NCBI GenBank assembly: GCA_046715765.1
Contig: JBKJYH010000143.1
Location: 4,584-68,583 of the forward strand
Length of the DNA stretch: 64,000 bases
Direction: 5' to 3'
Source: Candidatus Limnocylindria bacterium
Lineage (GTDB): Bacteria > Chloroflexota > Limnocylindria > QHBO01
Each line of letters opens with the position of its first letter. The first letter of the stretch is position 1. The position numbers and the translations under genes are program-made. Below the pieces are notes generated by a model. That model did not search any database, was not told the DNA's origin, and saw nothing but the letters and a program-made list of their open reading frames with translations. Shown one piece after another: positions 33,403 to 42,226 of this stretch.

Positions 33403-34413
33403 ATGAGTTACGCGGTCACCCTGATCCCCGGCGACGGCATCGGTCCAGAGCTTGCCGAAGCAACCGTCGGAGTCCTCGAGTCGAGCGGGATCCGCTTCGA
33501 GTGGGACCTGCAGCAGGCCGGCGAGGCCACCATCGCGGCGGAGGGCACGCCCCTCCCGGAACGGGTGGTCGAGTCGATTCGCCGCACCGGGATCGCGCTC
33601 AAGGGACCGATCACCACCCCGGTGGGGACCGGCTTCCGCTCCGTGAACGTCGGCCTGCGCCAGACGCTGGAGTTGTACGCCAACGTTCGGCCCGCGCGCA
33701 GCATGATCGGGGTCAAATCGCGCTACACCGGGATCGACCTGGTGATCGTCCGCGAGAATACCGAGGACCTGTACGCGGGGATCGAGCATCGGGTCGGACC
33801 CGACGCGGCCGAGAGCATCAAGATCATCACCCGCTCAGCCAGCCAGCGGATCGCGCGCTACGCATTCGAGTACGCGGTCCGCAACGGCCGCAGCAAGGTG
33901 ACCGCGGTCCACAAGGCCAACATCATGAAGCTCTCCGACGGCCTCTTCCTGGAGAGCTGCCAGCAGATCGCGGCCGAGTACGAGGGCCGAGTGGGCTTCG
34001 AGGATCGGATCGTGGACAACATGTGCATGCAACTCGTCCAGAAGCCGGAACAGTACGACGTGCTGGTCCTGCCGAACCTGTACGGCGACATCGTCAGTGA
34101 CCTGGCCGCCGGCCTGGTCGGCGGGTTGGGGGTTGCGCCCGGCGCCAACATCGGGGAGCGGGCCGCGGTCTTCGAGCCGGTTCACGGCTCGGCCCCCAAG
34201 TACGCCGGCCAGGACCGGGCCACCCCGACCGCGCTGATCCTCTCCCGCGCGCTCATGCTGCGCCACATCGGAGAGGTCGGGGCCGCCGAACGGATCGAGA
34301 CGGCGCTGCGCGCGGTGGTCGCCGAGGGGCGGACCGTGACCGCCGACCTGGGCGGCAGCGCCGGCACGCGGGCATTTGCGGCGGCCGTGGCGGAGCGGGT
34401 GCGCGGCGCATGA
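33403..34413 (+). CDS. icd: isocitrate dehydrogenase, NAD-dependent beta-decarboxylating dehydrogenase family (IDH/IPMDH-like)
   Basis: 336 aa. [17 protein letters not shown] and NLYGDIVSD motifs. The TCA-cycle neighbourhood favours IDH over LeuB. Confidence 0.8.
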   Translation: MSYAVTLIPGDGIGPELAEATVGVLESSGIRFEWDLQQAGEATIAAEGTPLPERVVESIRRTGIALKGPITTPVGTGFRSVNVGLRQTLELYANVRPARSMIGVKSRYTGIDLVIVRENTEDLYAGIEHRVGPDAAESIKIITRSASQRIARYAFEYAVRNGRSKVTAVHKANIMKLSDGLFLESCQQIAAEYEGRVGFEDRIVDNMCMQLVQKPEQYDVLVLPNLYGDIVSDLAAGLVGGLGVAPGANIGERAAVFEPVHGSAPKYAGQDRATPTALILSRALMLRHIGEVGAAERIETALRAVVAEGRTVTADLGGSAGTRAFAAAVAERVRGA

Positions 34414-34799
34414 GGTTCCGCTTCCCCTTCGTCGGCTACGGGGTCAGTTGGGCACAGCTGGCCTGGTTCGGCCATCGGGCCTCGGGGATCGGGGTTCTGA
34501 TCTACCTGTTCATGCACATCATCGAGAACGCGACCCTGGCCTTTGGCCCCGAGGTGTACGACTGGACCCAGACGCTCTTCCGCAACCTGCCCGTGCGCCT
34601 GGGGGAGATCGTGCTGATGGCCGCGCTGGTCTATCACTCCCTGAACGGGTTGCGTGTGATCCTGATGGACTTCTGGCCCTCGACCACGTCCTGGTATCGC
34701 CCGCTGACCTGGGGTGTGATCGGCGCCACGGTGCTGACCATGATCCCGCTGGCGATCATCATGCTGACCCCCTACGCGCCGTGGGGACCCGCACGATGA
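34410..34799 (+). CDS. sdhC: succinate dehydrogenase cytochrome b subunit
   Basis: 129 aa, three TM helices with a heme-ligand His. Confidence 0.75.
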   Translation: MRFRFPFVGYGVSWAQLAWFGHRASGIGVLIYLFMHIIENATLAFGPEVYDWTQTLFRNLPVRLGEIVLMAALVYHSLNGLRVILMDFWPSTTSWYRPLTWGVIGATVLTMIPLAIIMLTPYAPWGPAR

Positions 34800-35236
34800 C
34801 GGGATCGCGCCGCGTCTGGCCGGTGGAGGGCGACCCCCTGCGCCGCAACCCTTCCCGCGCTGCTCACCCGCGTCCGGACCACGCCGGCCGCGAACGGTTC
34901 ATGTGGTACTTCATGCGGATCAGCGGCCTGCTGCTGGTGCTGCTTGCCCTGGGGCACATGCTGATCATGCACGTGTTGGTGCAGCTCACCGGGCAGGAGA
35001 TCAACTTCGCGTTCGTGACCAGCCGCTGGGGCACCCCGTTCTGGCGGATCTACGACCTGCTCCTGCTGGTGCTCGCCCTGGTCCATGGGGTGAACGGTGC
35101 GCGGATCATCGTGGCTGACTATGTCGAGCGCGGCGGGCTGCGATCGGTCCTGACCTGGGTCCTCATCGGCCTGGGCCTGATCTGGCTGCTGCTGGGGATC
35201 CTGGTGGTCGTGACCTTCGATCCGGCGCTCACTTGA
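34796..35236 (+). CDS. sdhD: succinate dehydrogenase hydrophobic membrane anchor subunit
   Basis: ATG at 34796 overlaps the sdhC stop. 146 aa with three TM helices. Confidence 0.7.
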   Translation: MTGSRRVWPVEGDPLRRNPSRAAHPRPDHAGRERFMWYFMRISGLLLVLLALGHMLIMHVLVQLTGQEINFAFVTSRWGTPFWRIYDLLLLVLALVHGVNGARIIVADYVERGGLRSVLTWVLIGLGLIWLLLGILVVVTFDPALT

Positions 35237-35261
35237 GCGATCGGACCGCTCACTTGAGCGA
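35226..35261 (+). repeat. tandem direct repeat CGCTCACTTGAGCGA x2 (21-bp period) at the sdhD stop / sdhA start
   Basis: Identical 15-mers at 35226-35240 and 35247-35261. Each contains a TTG that is a candidate sdhA start. Confidence 0.6.
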
Positions 35262-37056
35262 CCCGGTCGCCACTCTGGCGCTGGCCGGGCGCACACAACG
35301 GCCCCGCATCCACCAACTCGACGCGGTGGTGGTTGGGGCCGGCGGGGCGGGCCTGTACGCGGCGCTCGAACTCAAGAACGTGCTCGGGCCCGAGGCCCGG
35401 ATCGGGGTCATCAGCAAGCTCTATCCGTCACGCTCGCATACCGGTGCGGCGCAGGGTGGGGTATGCGCCGCCCTGGGCAATACCGAAGAGGACCACTGGG
35501 AGTGGCATTGGTTCGACACGGTCAAGGGCGGGGACTACCTGGTCGACCAGGACGCGGCCGAGGTGATGTGTCGCGAGGCGGTCGAGACGATCATCAACCT
35601 CGAGCATCTTGGCCTCCCATTCGACCGCACCCCCGACGGCCGGATCGACCAGCGCCGCTTCGGCGGCCACACCCGCAACTACGGCGACGGGCCGGTGCGT
35701 CGCAGCTGCTTTGCCGCGGATCGGACCGGGCACGCCATCCTCCAGACCCTGTACCAGCAATGCATTGCGCGCGAGGTGCTCTTCTACGACGAGTACCAGG
35801 TCCTCGACCTGCAGATGCCCGATGGGCCGGGCGGTCGCGTCAGCGGGGTGATCGCACTCCAGTTGGCCACCGGCGAGCTGCACAGTTTCGGCGCCCGCGC
35901 CGTCCTTTTCGCCACCGGCGGCTTCGGCAAGATCTTCAAGGTCACCTCCAACGCCCACACCCTGACCGGCGACGGCGTGGCGATCACCCGGCGACGCGGC
36001 CTGCCGCTCGAGGACATGGAGTTCTTCCAGTTCCACCCCACCGGCATGTACAAGCTCGGCTTCCTGCTCTCCGAGGCGATGCGCGGCGAGGGCGGGTTCC
36101 TGGTGAACGGTGAGGGGGAGCGGTTCATGGAGCGGTACGCGCCGACCATGAAGGACCTCGCCAGCCGCGACGTCGTGAGCCGATCAATCTACCAGGAGAT
36201 CGCGGCGGGGCGGGGGATCAACGGCGGGGACTTCGTCCACCTCGACGTCCGGCACCTCGGCGCGGAGGTCCTCAACCAGAAGCTTCCCGACATGAGCGGG
36301 TTCATTCGGACCTACTTCGGCCTCGAGCCGCTGACCGACCTTGTCCCGATCCAGCCGACCGCCCATTACGCGATGGGCGGGATCCCGACCGATGTGGACG
36401 GCAGGGTGCTGGCCGATGAGACCGGACGAGTGGTGCCCGGCTTCTTCGCCGCCGGCGAGTGTGCCTGCGTCAGTGTCCACGGCGCCAACCGGCTCGGCAC
36501 CAACTCGCTGCTCGACATCCTGGTCTTCGGGCGGCGCGCCGGCCTGGCGATGGCCGCCCACCTCGCCGATGCCCCGGCGCCCACACCGGACCGCGACGCC
36601 GAGGCTGCCGCCCGGGCGACGCTTGCCCGGCTCCGGGGTTCGAGCGACGGGGAGCGGCCGGCGGTCATCCGCGCCGAGCTGCAGGAGGCGATGTTCAGCG
36701 GCTGCGGCGTGTATCGCACCGCCGAGCTCCTCGAGCAGACTCTGCGGATCGTCCGTGAGTTGCAGGACCGAGCCCGGTATCTGGCCGTCGACGACCACGG
36801 GCTGCGTTACAACACCGACCTGGTGGACGCGCTCGAACTCGGATATCTGATTGACTGCGCCGAGGCCACGGTGGAGTCGGCAGTAGCGCGCACCGAGAGC
36901 CGTGGCGCTCACGCGCGCGAGGACTTCCCCGAGCGTGATGACGTGACCTGGCTGCGCCACACCTTCGCCTACCGGGACTCGGCCGGAGGGACGTCGCGAC
37001 TGGCCTACAAGCCGGTGAGCGTCACCCGCTTCGAGCCGAAGCCCCGGGTGTACTGA
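35233..37056 (+). CDS. sdhA: succinate dehydrogenase flavoprotein subunit
   Basis: FAD-binding DAVVVGAGGAG, HTGAAQGG (covalent-FAD His) and a C-terminal domain. The start is TTG at 35233 or TTG at 35254. Confidence 0.9.
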   Translation: MSDRTAHLSDPVATLALAGRTQRPRIHQLDAVVVGAGGAGLYAALELKNVLGPEARIGVISKLYPSRSHTGAAQGGVCAALGNTEEDHWEWHWFDTVKGGDYLVDQDAAEVMCREAVETIINLEHLGLPFDRTPDGRIDQRRFGGHTRNYGDGPVRRSCFAADRTGHAILQTLYQQCIAREVLFYDEYQVLDLQMPDGPGGRVSGVIALQLATGELHSFGARAVLFATGGFGKIFKVTSNAHTLTGDGVAITRRRGLPLEDMEFFQFHPTGMYKLGFLLSEAMRGEGGFLVNGEGERFMERYAPTMKDLASRDVVSRSIYQEIAAGRGINGGDFVHLDVRHLGAEVLNQKLPDMSGFIRTYFGLEPLTDLVPIQPTAHYAMGGIPTDVDGRVLADETGRVVPGFFAAGECACVSVHGANRLGTNSLLDILVFGRRAGLAMAAHLADAPAPTPDRDAEAAARATLARLRGSSDGERPAVIRAELQEAMFSGCGVYRTAELLEQTLRIVRELQDRARYLAVDDHGLRYNTDLVDALELGYLIDCAEATVESAVARTESRGAHAREDFPERDDVTWLRHTFAYRDSAGGTSRLAYKPVSVTRFEPKPRVY

Positions 37057-37070
37057 GCCGCGAGGGACCG

Positions 37071-37775
37071 ATGGACGTCCTGCTCCGCATCCGCCGAGCC
37101 AACCCCGAGGCCGGAATCGAGTCGCACTGGGCCGAGTACCGGCTCACAGCCGAACCGTCTGACCGGGTCCTTGATCTGCTGCACCAGGTCAAGTGGTACC
37201 ACGACGGCACTCTCACCTTCCGCCGCTCATGCGCCCACGGGGTGTGCGGCTCGGACGCGATGCTGATCAACGGTCGCAATCGGCTCGCCTGCGAGGCGCT
37301 GGTCAAGGACTCCGGCCCAGAGATCAGCGTCGAACCCTTGCGTGGTCAGCGGGTCCTCAAGGACCTGCTGGTCGATACCGAGCCGTTCTGGGACTCGTAC
37401 CGCTCGATCATGCCATTCCTCATCGGTGGGGAACTTCCCGAAGACGGCCGGGAGCGGCGCCAGTCGCCCGAGGAGCGGGCGCGCTTCGACGACACCAGCA
37501 AGTGCATCCTGTGCGGTGCCTGCACGACCGCCTGCCCGTCGTTCTGGAGCAACCCCGACTACGTCGGACCGGCAGCCATCGTGAACGCCCATCGATTCAT
37601 CTTCGACAGCCGCGACACGGCGCGCGAAGAGCGCCTCCAGATCATGGCCGAGGCCGACGGGGTGTGGCGCTGCCGGACGGTGATGAATTGCGTGGAGGCT
37701 TGTCCGCGCGGGATCCAGATCACCCGCGCGATCATGGAGGTCACGGCCGAGGTCGCGGCCGCCGAGCGTGGTTGA
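37071..37775 (+). CDS. sdhB: succinate dehydrogenase iron-sulfur subunit
   Basis: 2Fe-2S motif CAHGVCGSDAMLINGRNRLAC, 4Fe-4S motif CILCGACTTACP, 3Fe-4S motif CRTVMNCVEACP. Confidence 0.9.
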   Translation: MDVLLRIRRANPEAGIESHWAEYRLTAEPSDRVLDLLHQVKWYHDGTLTFRRSCAHGVCGSDAMLINGRNRLACEALVKDSGPEISVEPLRGQRVLKDLLVDTEPFWDSYRSIMPFLIGGELPEDGRERRQSPEERARFDDTSKCILCGACTTACPSFWSNPDYVGPAAIVNAHRFIFDSRDTAREERLQIMAEADGVWRCRTVMNCVEACPRGIQITRAIMEVTAEVAAAERG

Positions 37776-38205
37776 TCGGCTGCTGATCCATACCGATGGT
37801 GCCGCGCGCGGCAATCCCGGGCCCGCTGGGCTCGGCGCCGTCCTGCGTGATGCGCAGACCGGAGCGCTCGTCGCCGAACTCGCCCGCTTCCTCGGCGTGT
37901 GCAGCAACAACGTTGCCGAGTGGACCGCGGTGGAGGACGCGCTGCGCGAAGCGCGGCGGTTGGGCGCCAGGCGGATTGATCTGCGCACCGATTCCGAGCT
38001 GGTCGCGCGCCAGATCAGCGGGCGTTATCGGGTCAAGCATCCCGACCTCAAGCCGATTCATCTCCGGGTCATGGGCCTGCTGGCGCAGTTCGACGGATAT
38101 ACGGTCGCCCACGTTCCGCGCGAACTGAACCGCGAGGCGGACCGGCTCAGCAACGTGGCAATCGACGAGCTGCGTGGGGCGCAACGCCTCGGGGGAGTAG
38201 AGTAG
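37768..38205 (+). CDS. rnhA: ribonuclease HI
   Basis: 145 aa from the GTG at 37768. It has the IHTDGAARGNPGPAG, NNVAEW and READRL catalytic motifs and overlaps the sdhB end by 8 nt. Confidence 0.85.
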   Translation: MVDRLLIHTDGAARGNPGPAGLGAVLRDAQTGALVAELARFLGVCSNNVAEWTAVEDALREARRLGARRIDLRTDSELVARQISGRYRVKHPDLKPIHLRVMGLLAQFDGYTVAHVPRELNREADRLSNVAIDELRGAQRLGGVE

Positions 38206-38212
38206 GGATCCC

Positions 38213-38526
38213 TGGAGGCGGCCGGACGGCCGCGGACGCGATCGCCGAAAGGCGGCGTTCGAGGAAAGTCCGGGCTCCACAGAGCAGGCTCGCGGGTAAC
38301 GCCCGTCCGCCGTGAGGCGAGGACCAGCGCCACAGTGACGATGCCCGCGCAAGCGGGAGTGAAACGCGGCAAGCTCGAGCCGGAGCAAGACCGAATAGGA
38401 GGGCGAAACGCGGCGTTCGCGCCGCAGCAGGTGGCTCGCTCAGCCCTCGGGTAGGTCGCTCAGATGGATGGCCGTCGCGGCGCCAGTCGGCGCCGGCACA
38501 GGACCCGGCTTACAGGCCGCTCTCCG
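38213..38526 (+). ncRNA. rnpB: RNase P RNA (bacterial type A)
   Basis: Conserved P4 strand GAGGAAAGTCCGGGCTCC, GGGTAACGCCC, GTGAAACGCGG and 3' ACAGGACCCGGCTTA. P1 pairing between 5' ctggaggcggcc and 3' ggccgctctccgg. Boundaries are within about 5 nt. Confidence 0.85.
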
Positions 38527-38532
38527 GGGAAC

Positions 38533-38769
38533 TCAGTCCTCGTCCACCCGCCAGATGGTGGTGGCCACGCACGCGTTGCAGATCGGGCGCGCCTCTTCGA
38601 GGGTGCCCAGCGGCAGCGGGTGGTCTCGGCCTCCCAGCAGGCAGGTCACGTCCACCGCCCGGCCATCCGGCGCAGGCACGATGCGTACCATCCGGACCCA
38701 GCAGCGTCGGATCTGCCCGCCGCGTTTGATCGGAGCACGCTGCGTTGGTTCGCTCGGCTGAACTGCCAT
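38533..38769 (-). CDS. small Cys-rich (CxxC) hypothetical protein
   Basis: 78 aa from the ATG at 38769, preceded by GGGAGGAG with 9-nt spacing. GC3 about 88% over the C-terminal part. Cysteines are arranged C...C...CNAC (possible zinc ribbon). The longer ORF to 39078 is judged an upstream extension. Confidence 0.5.
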   Translation of the reverse strand: MAVQPSEPTQRAPIKRGGQIRRCWVRMVRIVPAPDGRAVDVTCLLGGRDHPLPLGTLEEARPICNACVATTIWRVDED

Positions 38770-38919
38770 CTGGCTGATCTCCTCCCGGTTGGCCACGGTT
38801 ACGGCCGCGCTCAAGCGTAGTGGGGCGCCGACATGCGGCTCAATGGCCGGTTCGTACCACCCGGTCAGGCCCGTTCCGAGTAGTGCTGGCCCGCAGCCGG
38901 GGCGCGCTAGACTGCCTTC

Positions 38920-39801
38920 GTGTTCGGTCGTCGCAAGGCTTCGCAGCCGGCAGTAGCCGGTGACCCTGACCGGCGCATCCTGTTCGAGGCGCTGGCCCTG
39001 CGGCCCGATACGGTATGTCCCTTCCTCGGACTCGACGGCGCCCGGCCGGAATATCACGATGGCGCTACCCACCAGCACCGTTGCTTCGCGCTCGGCGAGG
39101 CGATGGAGCTCTCCTCTGATCAGCAGCAGCGAGTCTGCCTGCAGCGAGGCTATGGGAACTGCCCGCGCTACCTGCGCGGGGTGCTGGTCATCCCCACCGA
39201 GGAGCTCGAGGCCCTGCGCCGCCCCATTCCTCCAGCGCCGGTCCCAACGACCGCGGCCACCACGCCGTCCTGGCCGAGTCTGGGGCGAGGCGGGCTGCTC
39301 ATCGCCGGTTTGGTGGTGTTGGTTGCCAGCGGCGCAGGCGCGGGCTACCTGTTCCTCGGCGGCCAGCCGGCCAGCCCCACCCCCATCCCGAGCTCGTCGC
39401 CGACACCAACCCAGAGCGTCGCCCCGACGCTCTCTGCTGAGCCGTCGATCGCAGCGACGCCGCGCGAGACACCAATCCCTGATCCGACGCCCCGACCGGG
39501 CGACGTGTTCGTCGGACTCGAGATCACGGTGCTACGTGGCGATTACACCATCTACCTCGTTGATGACGAGGGAGTCATCGTCACCGAAGCCTCGGCGACC
39601 TTCTCGGACTTCAGCCGAGCCCCGGTGGAGGAGATCACCGCGCCCGAACCCAACGGGCGCCACCACTGGCGCACCACGGAAGGCGAATACGCGGGATATT
39701 CGTACATCGCCAGCCTCTCCGGCCCATTCCTGATTCGCGAGGTGTACCAGGGTCAGGACGGGGTCATGACCTACATCATCCTCCCCGCCGACCGCCTCTG
39801 A
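38920..39801 (+). CDS. hypothetical single-pass membrane protein with Cys/His-rich N-terminus, Pro/Thr/Ser linker and about 100-aa C-terminal domain
   Basis: 293 aa. TM helix GLLIAGLVVLVASGAGAGYLFLG, PT-rich linker, and high GC3 in the C-terminal half. The start is uncertain: the GTG at 38920 has no Shine-Dalgarno sequence, and the ATG at 39103 is the alternative. Confidence 0.5.
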   Translation: MFGRRKASQPAVAGDPDRRILFEALALRPDTVCPFLGLDGARPEYHDGATHQHRCFALGEAMELSSDQQQRVCLQRGYGNCPRYLRGVLVIPTEELEALRRPIPPAPVPTTAATTPSWPSLGRGGLLIAGLVVLVASGAGAGYLFLGGQPASPTPIPSSSPTPTQSVAPTLSAEPSIAATPRETPIPDPTPRPGDVFVGLEITVLRGDYTIYLVDDEGVIVTEASATFSDFSRAPVEEITAPEPNGRHHWRTTEGEYAGYSYIASLSGPFLIREVYQGQDGVMTYIILPADRL

Positions 39802-40589
39802 GTCCGTAGAACAGGAGGCCGCCGGCAAGGATCAGGGCCAGGCCGGCCGGCCACGCGTCGGAAGGGACGGTCATGGACGAGCCGCGCGACGCTTCCGGGC
39901 TGGCTCGCAGGGTGGGTACCGGCGAGCCTCTCACCGGCGAGGCGGCCGCGCCCCATCCAGCGGAAGTGCCAGGGCTCATACCTGTAGCAAGTGATCGAGG
40001 GGCTGAACCCGGCGGGGTAGCTCATCACGAAGCCGAACTCCCAGGCGTGGGCGGCCAGCCAGTCGCCCACGGGGGTTGCCGCCCAGTCGGCCACCTCCCA
40101 TGGCGCAGGTCCATCCACGCCGCGGAAATCGATCGCAAGCCCCAACTGGTGCTCGGAGTGACCCGGACGGGCACTCGAGAGCAGGGCCTCCGCCTCGCCG
40201 ACGCGTGCCACCCAGTCCTCGACGGTCAGCACCTGGCCCAGGTGTGATCGATACGCCGACTGGATCGCGATCGGCGTCCCGGCGGCCGCCCCGGCATTGG
40301 CGAGGGCCGTGAGGTCGTCAACCATCAGGGAGCGCACCCAGAACTCGTCGCTCAGCCCGGCCCGGCTGGTCCGGACCAGATCTGGTGGGACCTAGTCGTC
40401 CGCCACCCGGTAGATCGTGTCGAGCAAGGTGCGGTCCCATTCGGCGGGATCGGTGTACTTGGTCTGAAGGTCGTCGAACCGACACTCCGGCAGCGTGCCG
40501 CCGGCCACGGGTCCCGCCGTGATGAGAGCGCAGCACGCCGCCAGCGCCAGCCAGCCCACAAATCCGTGGCCGATGGATGGGGGTCGCAC
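39771..40589 (-). pseudogene. M15-family D-Ala-D-Ala carboxypeptidase (VanY-like) interrupted by an in-frame TAG
   Basis: ORFs 40392-40955(-) and 39771-40337(-) are in one frame, separated only by TAG at 40392-40394. The N-terminal part has a signal peptide with lipobox (FVGWLALAACC). The C-terminal part has SAYRS, HSEHQLGLAIDF and EPWHF motifs. The stop falls at ...RVADD*VPPDLV, where VanY-family proteins have a DYVPxDLV motif. Confidence 0.6.
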
Positions 40590-40631
40590 GCGGGGCAGGG
40601 TAGCCGTGCGCGATCTCCGCGCGGAAATGCC

Positions 40632-40659
40632 TTGACGGGGCGAGCACGCCCTGTAGAAT
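40632..40659 (+). promoter_or_regulatory. Pmra promoter: TTGACG - 16 nt - TAGAAT
   Basis: Near-consensus -35 (40632-40637) and -10 (40654-40659), about 65 nt upstream of the mraZ ATG. Confidence 0.5.
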
Positions 40660-40666
40660 GGCGCCC

Positions 40667-40716
40667 TGTGGCCCAAAATGGGGTCAAGTGGGGAAGAATG
40701 GTAGACAGGCAGGACG
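40667..40716 (+). promoter_or_regulatory. MraZ-operator-like direct repeats (GTGG / TGGGG / GTGGGG / TGG at 10-bp period)
   Basis: ctGTGGcccaaaaTGGGGtcaaGTGGGGaagaaTGGtag lies immediately downstream of the Pmra -10. Confidence 0.5.
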
Positions 40717-40725
40717 GCGGGATCG

Positions 40726-41175
40726 ATGGAGCGCGGCACCTTCCTGACGGGCGAGTTCCGCCACACCCTCGATGATCGAGGGCGGGTGGCGATCCCGGCG
40801 CGCTTCCGTGCCCGCCTCGAACGGGGTGCGACCCTGGCTCGCTGGCTGGACGGCTGCCTGGCGGTCTTCCCATCCGAGGAGTGGGACAGCCTCGCCACGA
40901 AGATCGCCGGGCTGCCCCTGACCAACGCGCGGGCACGCGAGTTCGCGCGGTTCATGTCGTCGGGGGCTACCGAAGTCGACCTCGATCGACAGGGCCGGGT
41001 CCTGGTGCCGGCCTACCTGCGCACCTACGCCCAGGTGGCCGAGGGCGAGGTCGTGGTGGTCGGGGCGCTCAATCGACTTGAAGTCTGGGCACCGGAGGCG
41101 TGGGCGACCTATCGGGCGCGGATCGAGGACCAGCCGGAGGCGCTGGCCGAACACCTCGCCGATCTCGGGATCTGA
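40726..41175 (+). CDS. mraZ: division/cell wall cluster transcriptional repressor MraZ
   Basis: 149 aa, two SpoVT-AbrB-like repeats (DDRGRVAIPARFR; DRQGRVLVPAYLR). Confidence 0.9.
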   Translation: MERGTFLTGEFRHTLDDRGRVAIPARFRARLERGATLARWLDGCLAVFPSEEWDSLATKIAGLPLTNARAREFARFMSSGATEVDLDRQGRVLVPAYLRTYAQVAEGEVVVVGALNRLEVWAPEAWATYRARIEDQPEALAEHLADLGI

Positions 41176-41269
41176 GGGCACGCGACGCCATGACGCACGT
41201 TGCGCTGCCCGATTGGATGCGTCTCCGGGCCGCTCGGCCCGTCGTCCGGCCAGAAAGGTGTGACCGCGA

Positions 41270-42226
41270 ATGGGAGAAGGGCACCTGCCGGTCCTCGTCG
41301 ACGAGGTTGTCGCCTCGCTCGGCCTGGGGCCCGACAGTTCCATTGCGGACTGCACGGTCGGAGGCGGAGGGCACGCCGAGCGACTCTTGGAGGCCGCGGC
41401 CCCGTATGGCCGTCTGCTCGGCCGCGACGCCGATCGGGCGGCCATCCGGGAGGCGCACCGCACGCTTGGGCGCTTCGGCGACCGGGTCGTCCTGCGCCAG
41501 GCGAATTTCGAGGCACTCCACCCGGTCGCTGCCGAGGCGGGATTCCTGCCGCTCGACGCGGTCGTGTTTGACCTGGGCCTCTCCAGCTATCAACTCGCCG
41601 CGCGCGACCGCGGCTTCAGTTTCGCGGCCGATGCGCCGCCGGACATGAGATTCGATGAAGAACGTGGTCTATCGGCCCTCCAGCTCATCGACCGATCGTC
41701 GGCTCGAGACCTCGCCCGCATCCTCTCGTCGTTTGGTGAAGAACGCCGTGCAGGCCGCATCGCGCAGGCGATCGTGGCGGCGCGTGCGGAAGGGCGCCTG
41801 ATGACTGCCGTGGACCTTGCCGCCGTGATTGCCGCCGCGGCTCCGGCGCGGGGCGCCGATGCAGGCCGGATCCACCCGGCAACCCGCACCTTCCAGGCGC
41901 TGCGGATGGCCGTCAACCGCGAGTTGGAGGTGCTGGCGGCGGGCCTGGCCGGGGCACTCGAGGCACTCCGCCCCGGTGGTCGCCTGGCGGTGATCAGCTA
42001 CCACTCCGGCGAGGACCGTGTTGTGAAGCAGTTCCTTGCCCGCGAGAGCCGCGACTGCTCCGAATACCCGTTACCCCCGGTCTGCACCTGCGGACATCGG
42101 GCGCAGTTGCGGGTGGTCCACAAGCGGGGGCTGACCCCGACCGCCGACGAGGTCCGTCGGAACCGCCGCGCTCGCAGCGCCCGACTCCGGGTCGCCGAGC
42201 GGCTGCCAGCTGGAGGATGGTCATGA
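41270..42226 (+). CDS. rsmH: 16S rRNA (cytosine1402-N4)-methyltransferase
   Basis: HLPVLVDEVV, DCTVGGGGH and FDLGLSSYQL motifs. Confidence 0.9.
   Translation: MGEGHLPVLVDEVVASLGLGPDSSIADCTVGGGGHAERLLEAAAPYGRLLGRDADRAAIREAHRTLGRFGDRVVLRQANFEALHPVAAEAGFLPLDAVVFDLGLSSYQLAARDRGFSFAADAPPDMRFDEERGLSALQLIDRSSARDLARILSSFGEERRAGRIAQAIVAARAEGRLMTAVDLAAVIAAAAPARGADAGRIHPATRTFQALRMAVNRELEVLAAGLAGALEALRPGGRLAVISYHSGEDRVVKQFLARESRDCSEYPLPPVCTCGHRAQLRVVHKRGLTPTADEVRRNRRARSARLRVAERLPAGGWS

Noticed and set aside
33136-34413. ORF-track start at 33136 for the isocitrate dehydrogenase
   Set aside because: The N-terminal 89 residues are Arg/Pro-rich. The conserved dehydrogenase N-terminus ([16 protein letters not shown]) begins at the ATG at 33403, which has an upstream GGAG.
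35226-35261. The tandem repeat as a mobile-element terminal repeat
   Set aside because: It is only 15 of 21 bp, inside coding sequence, with no transposase or longer inverted repeats nearby. It is a simple tandem duplication.
38533-39078. Full 181-aa minus-strand ORF as called by the ORF track
   Set aside because: The strong Shine-Dalgarno sequence (GGGAGGAG) sits in front of an internal ATG at 38769. The longer version would overlap the divergent plus-strand gene start by 160 bp, so the 78-aa form is preferred.
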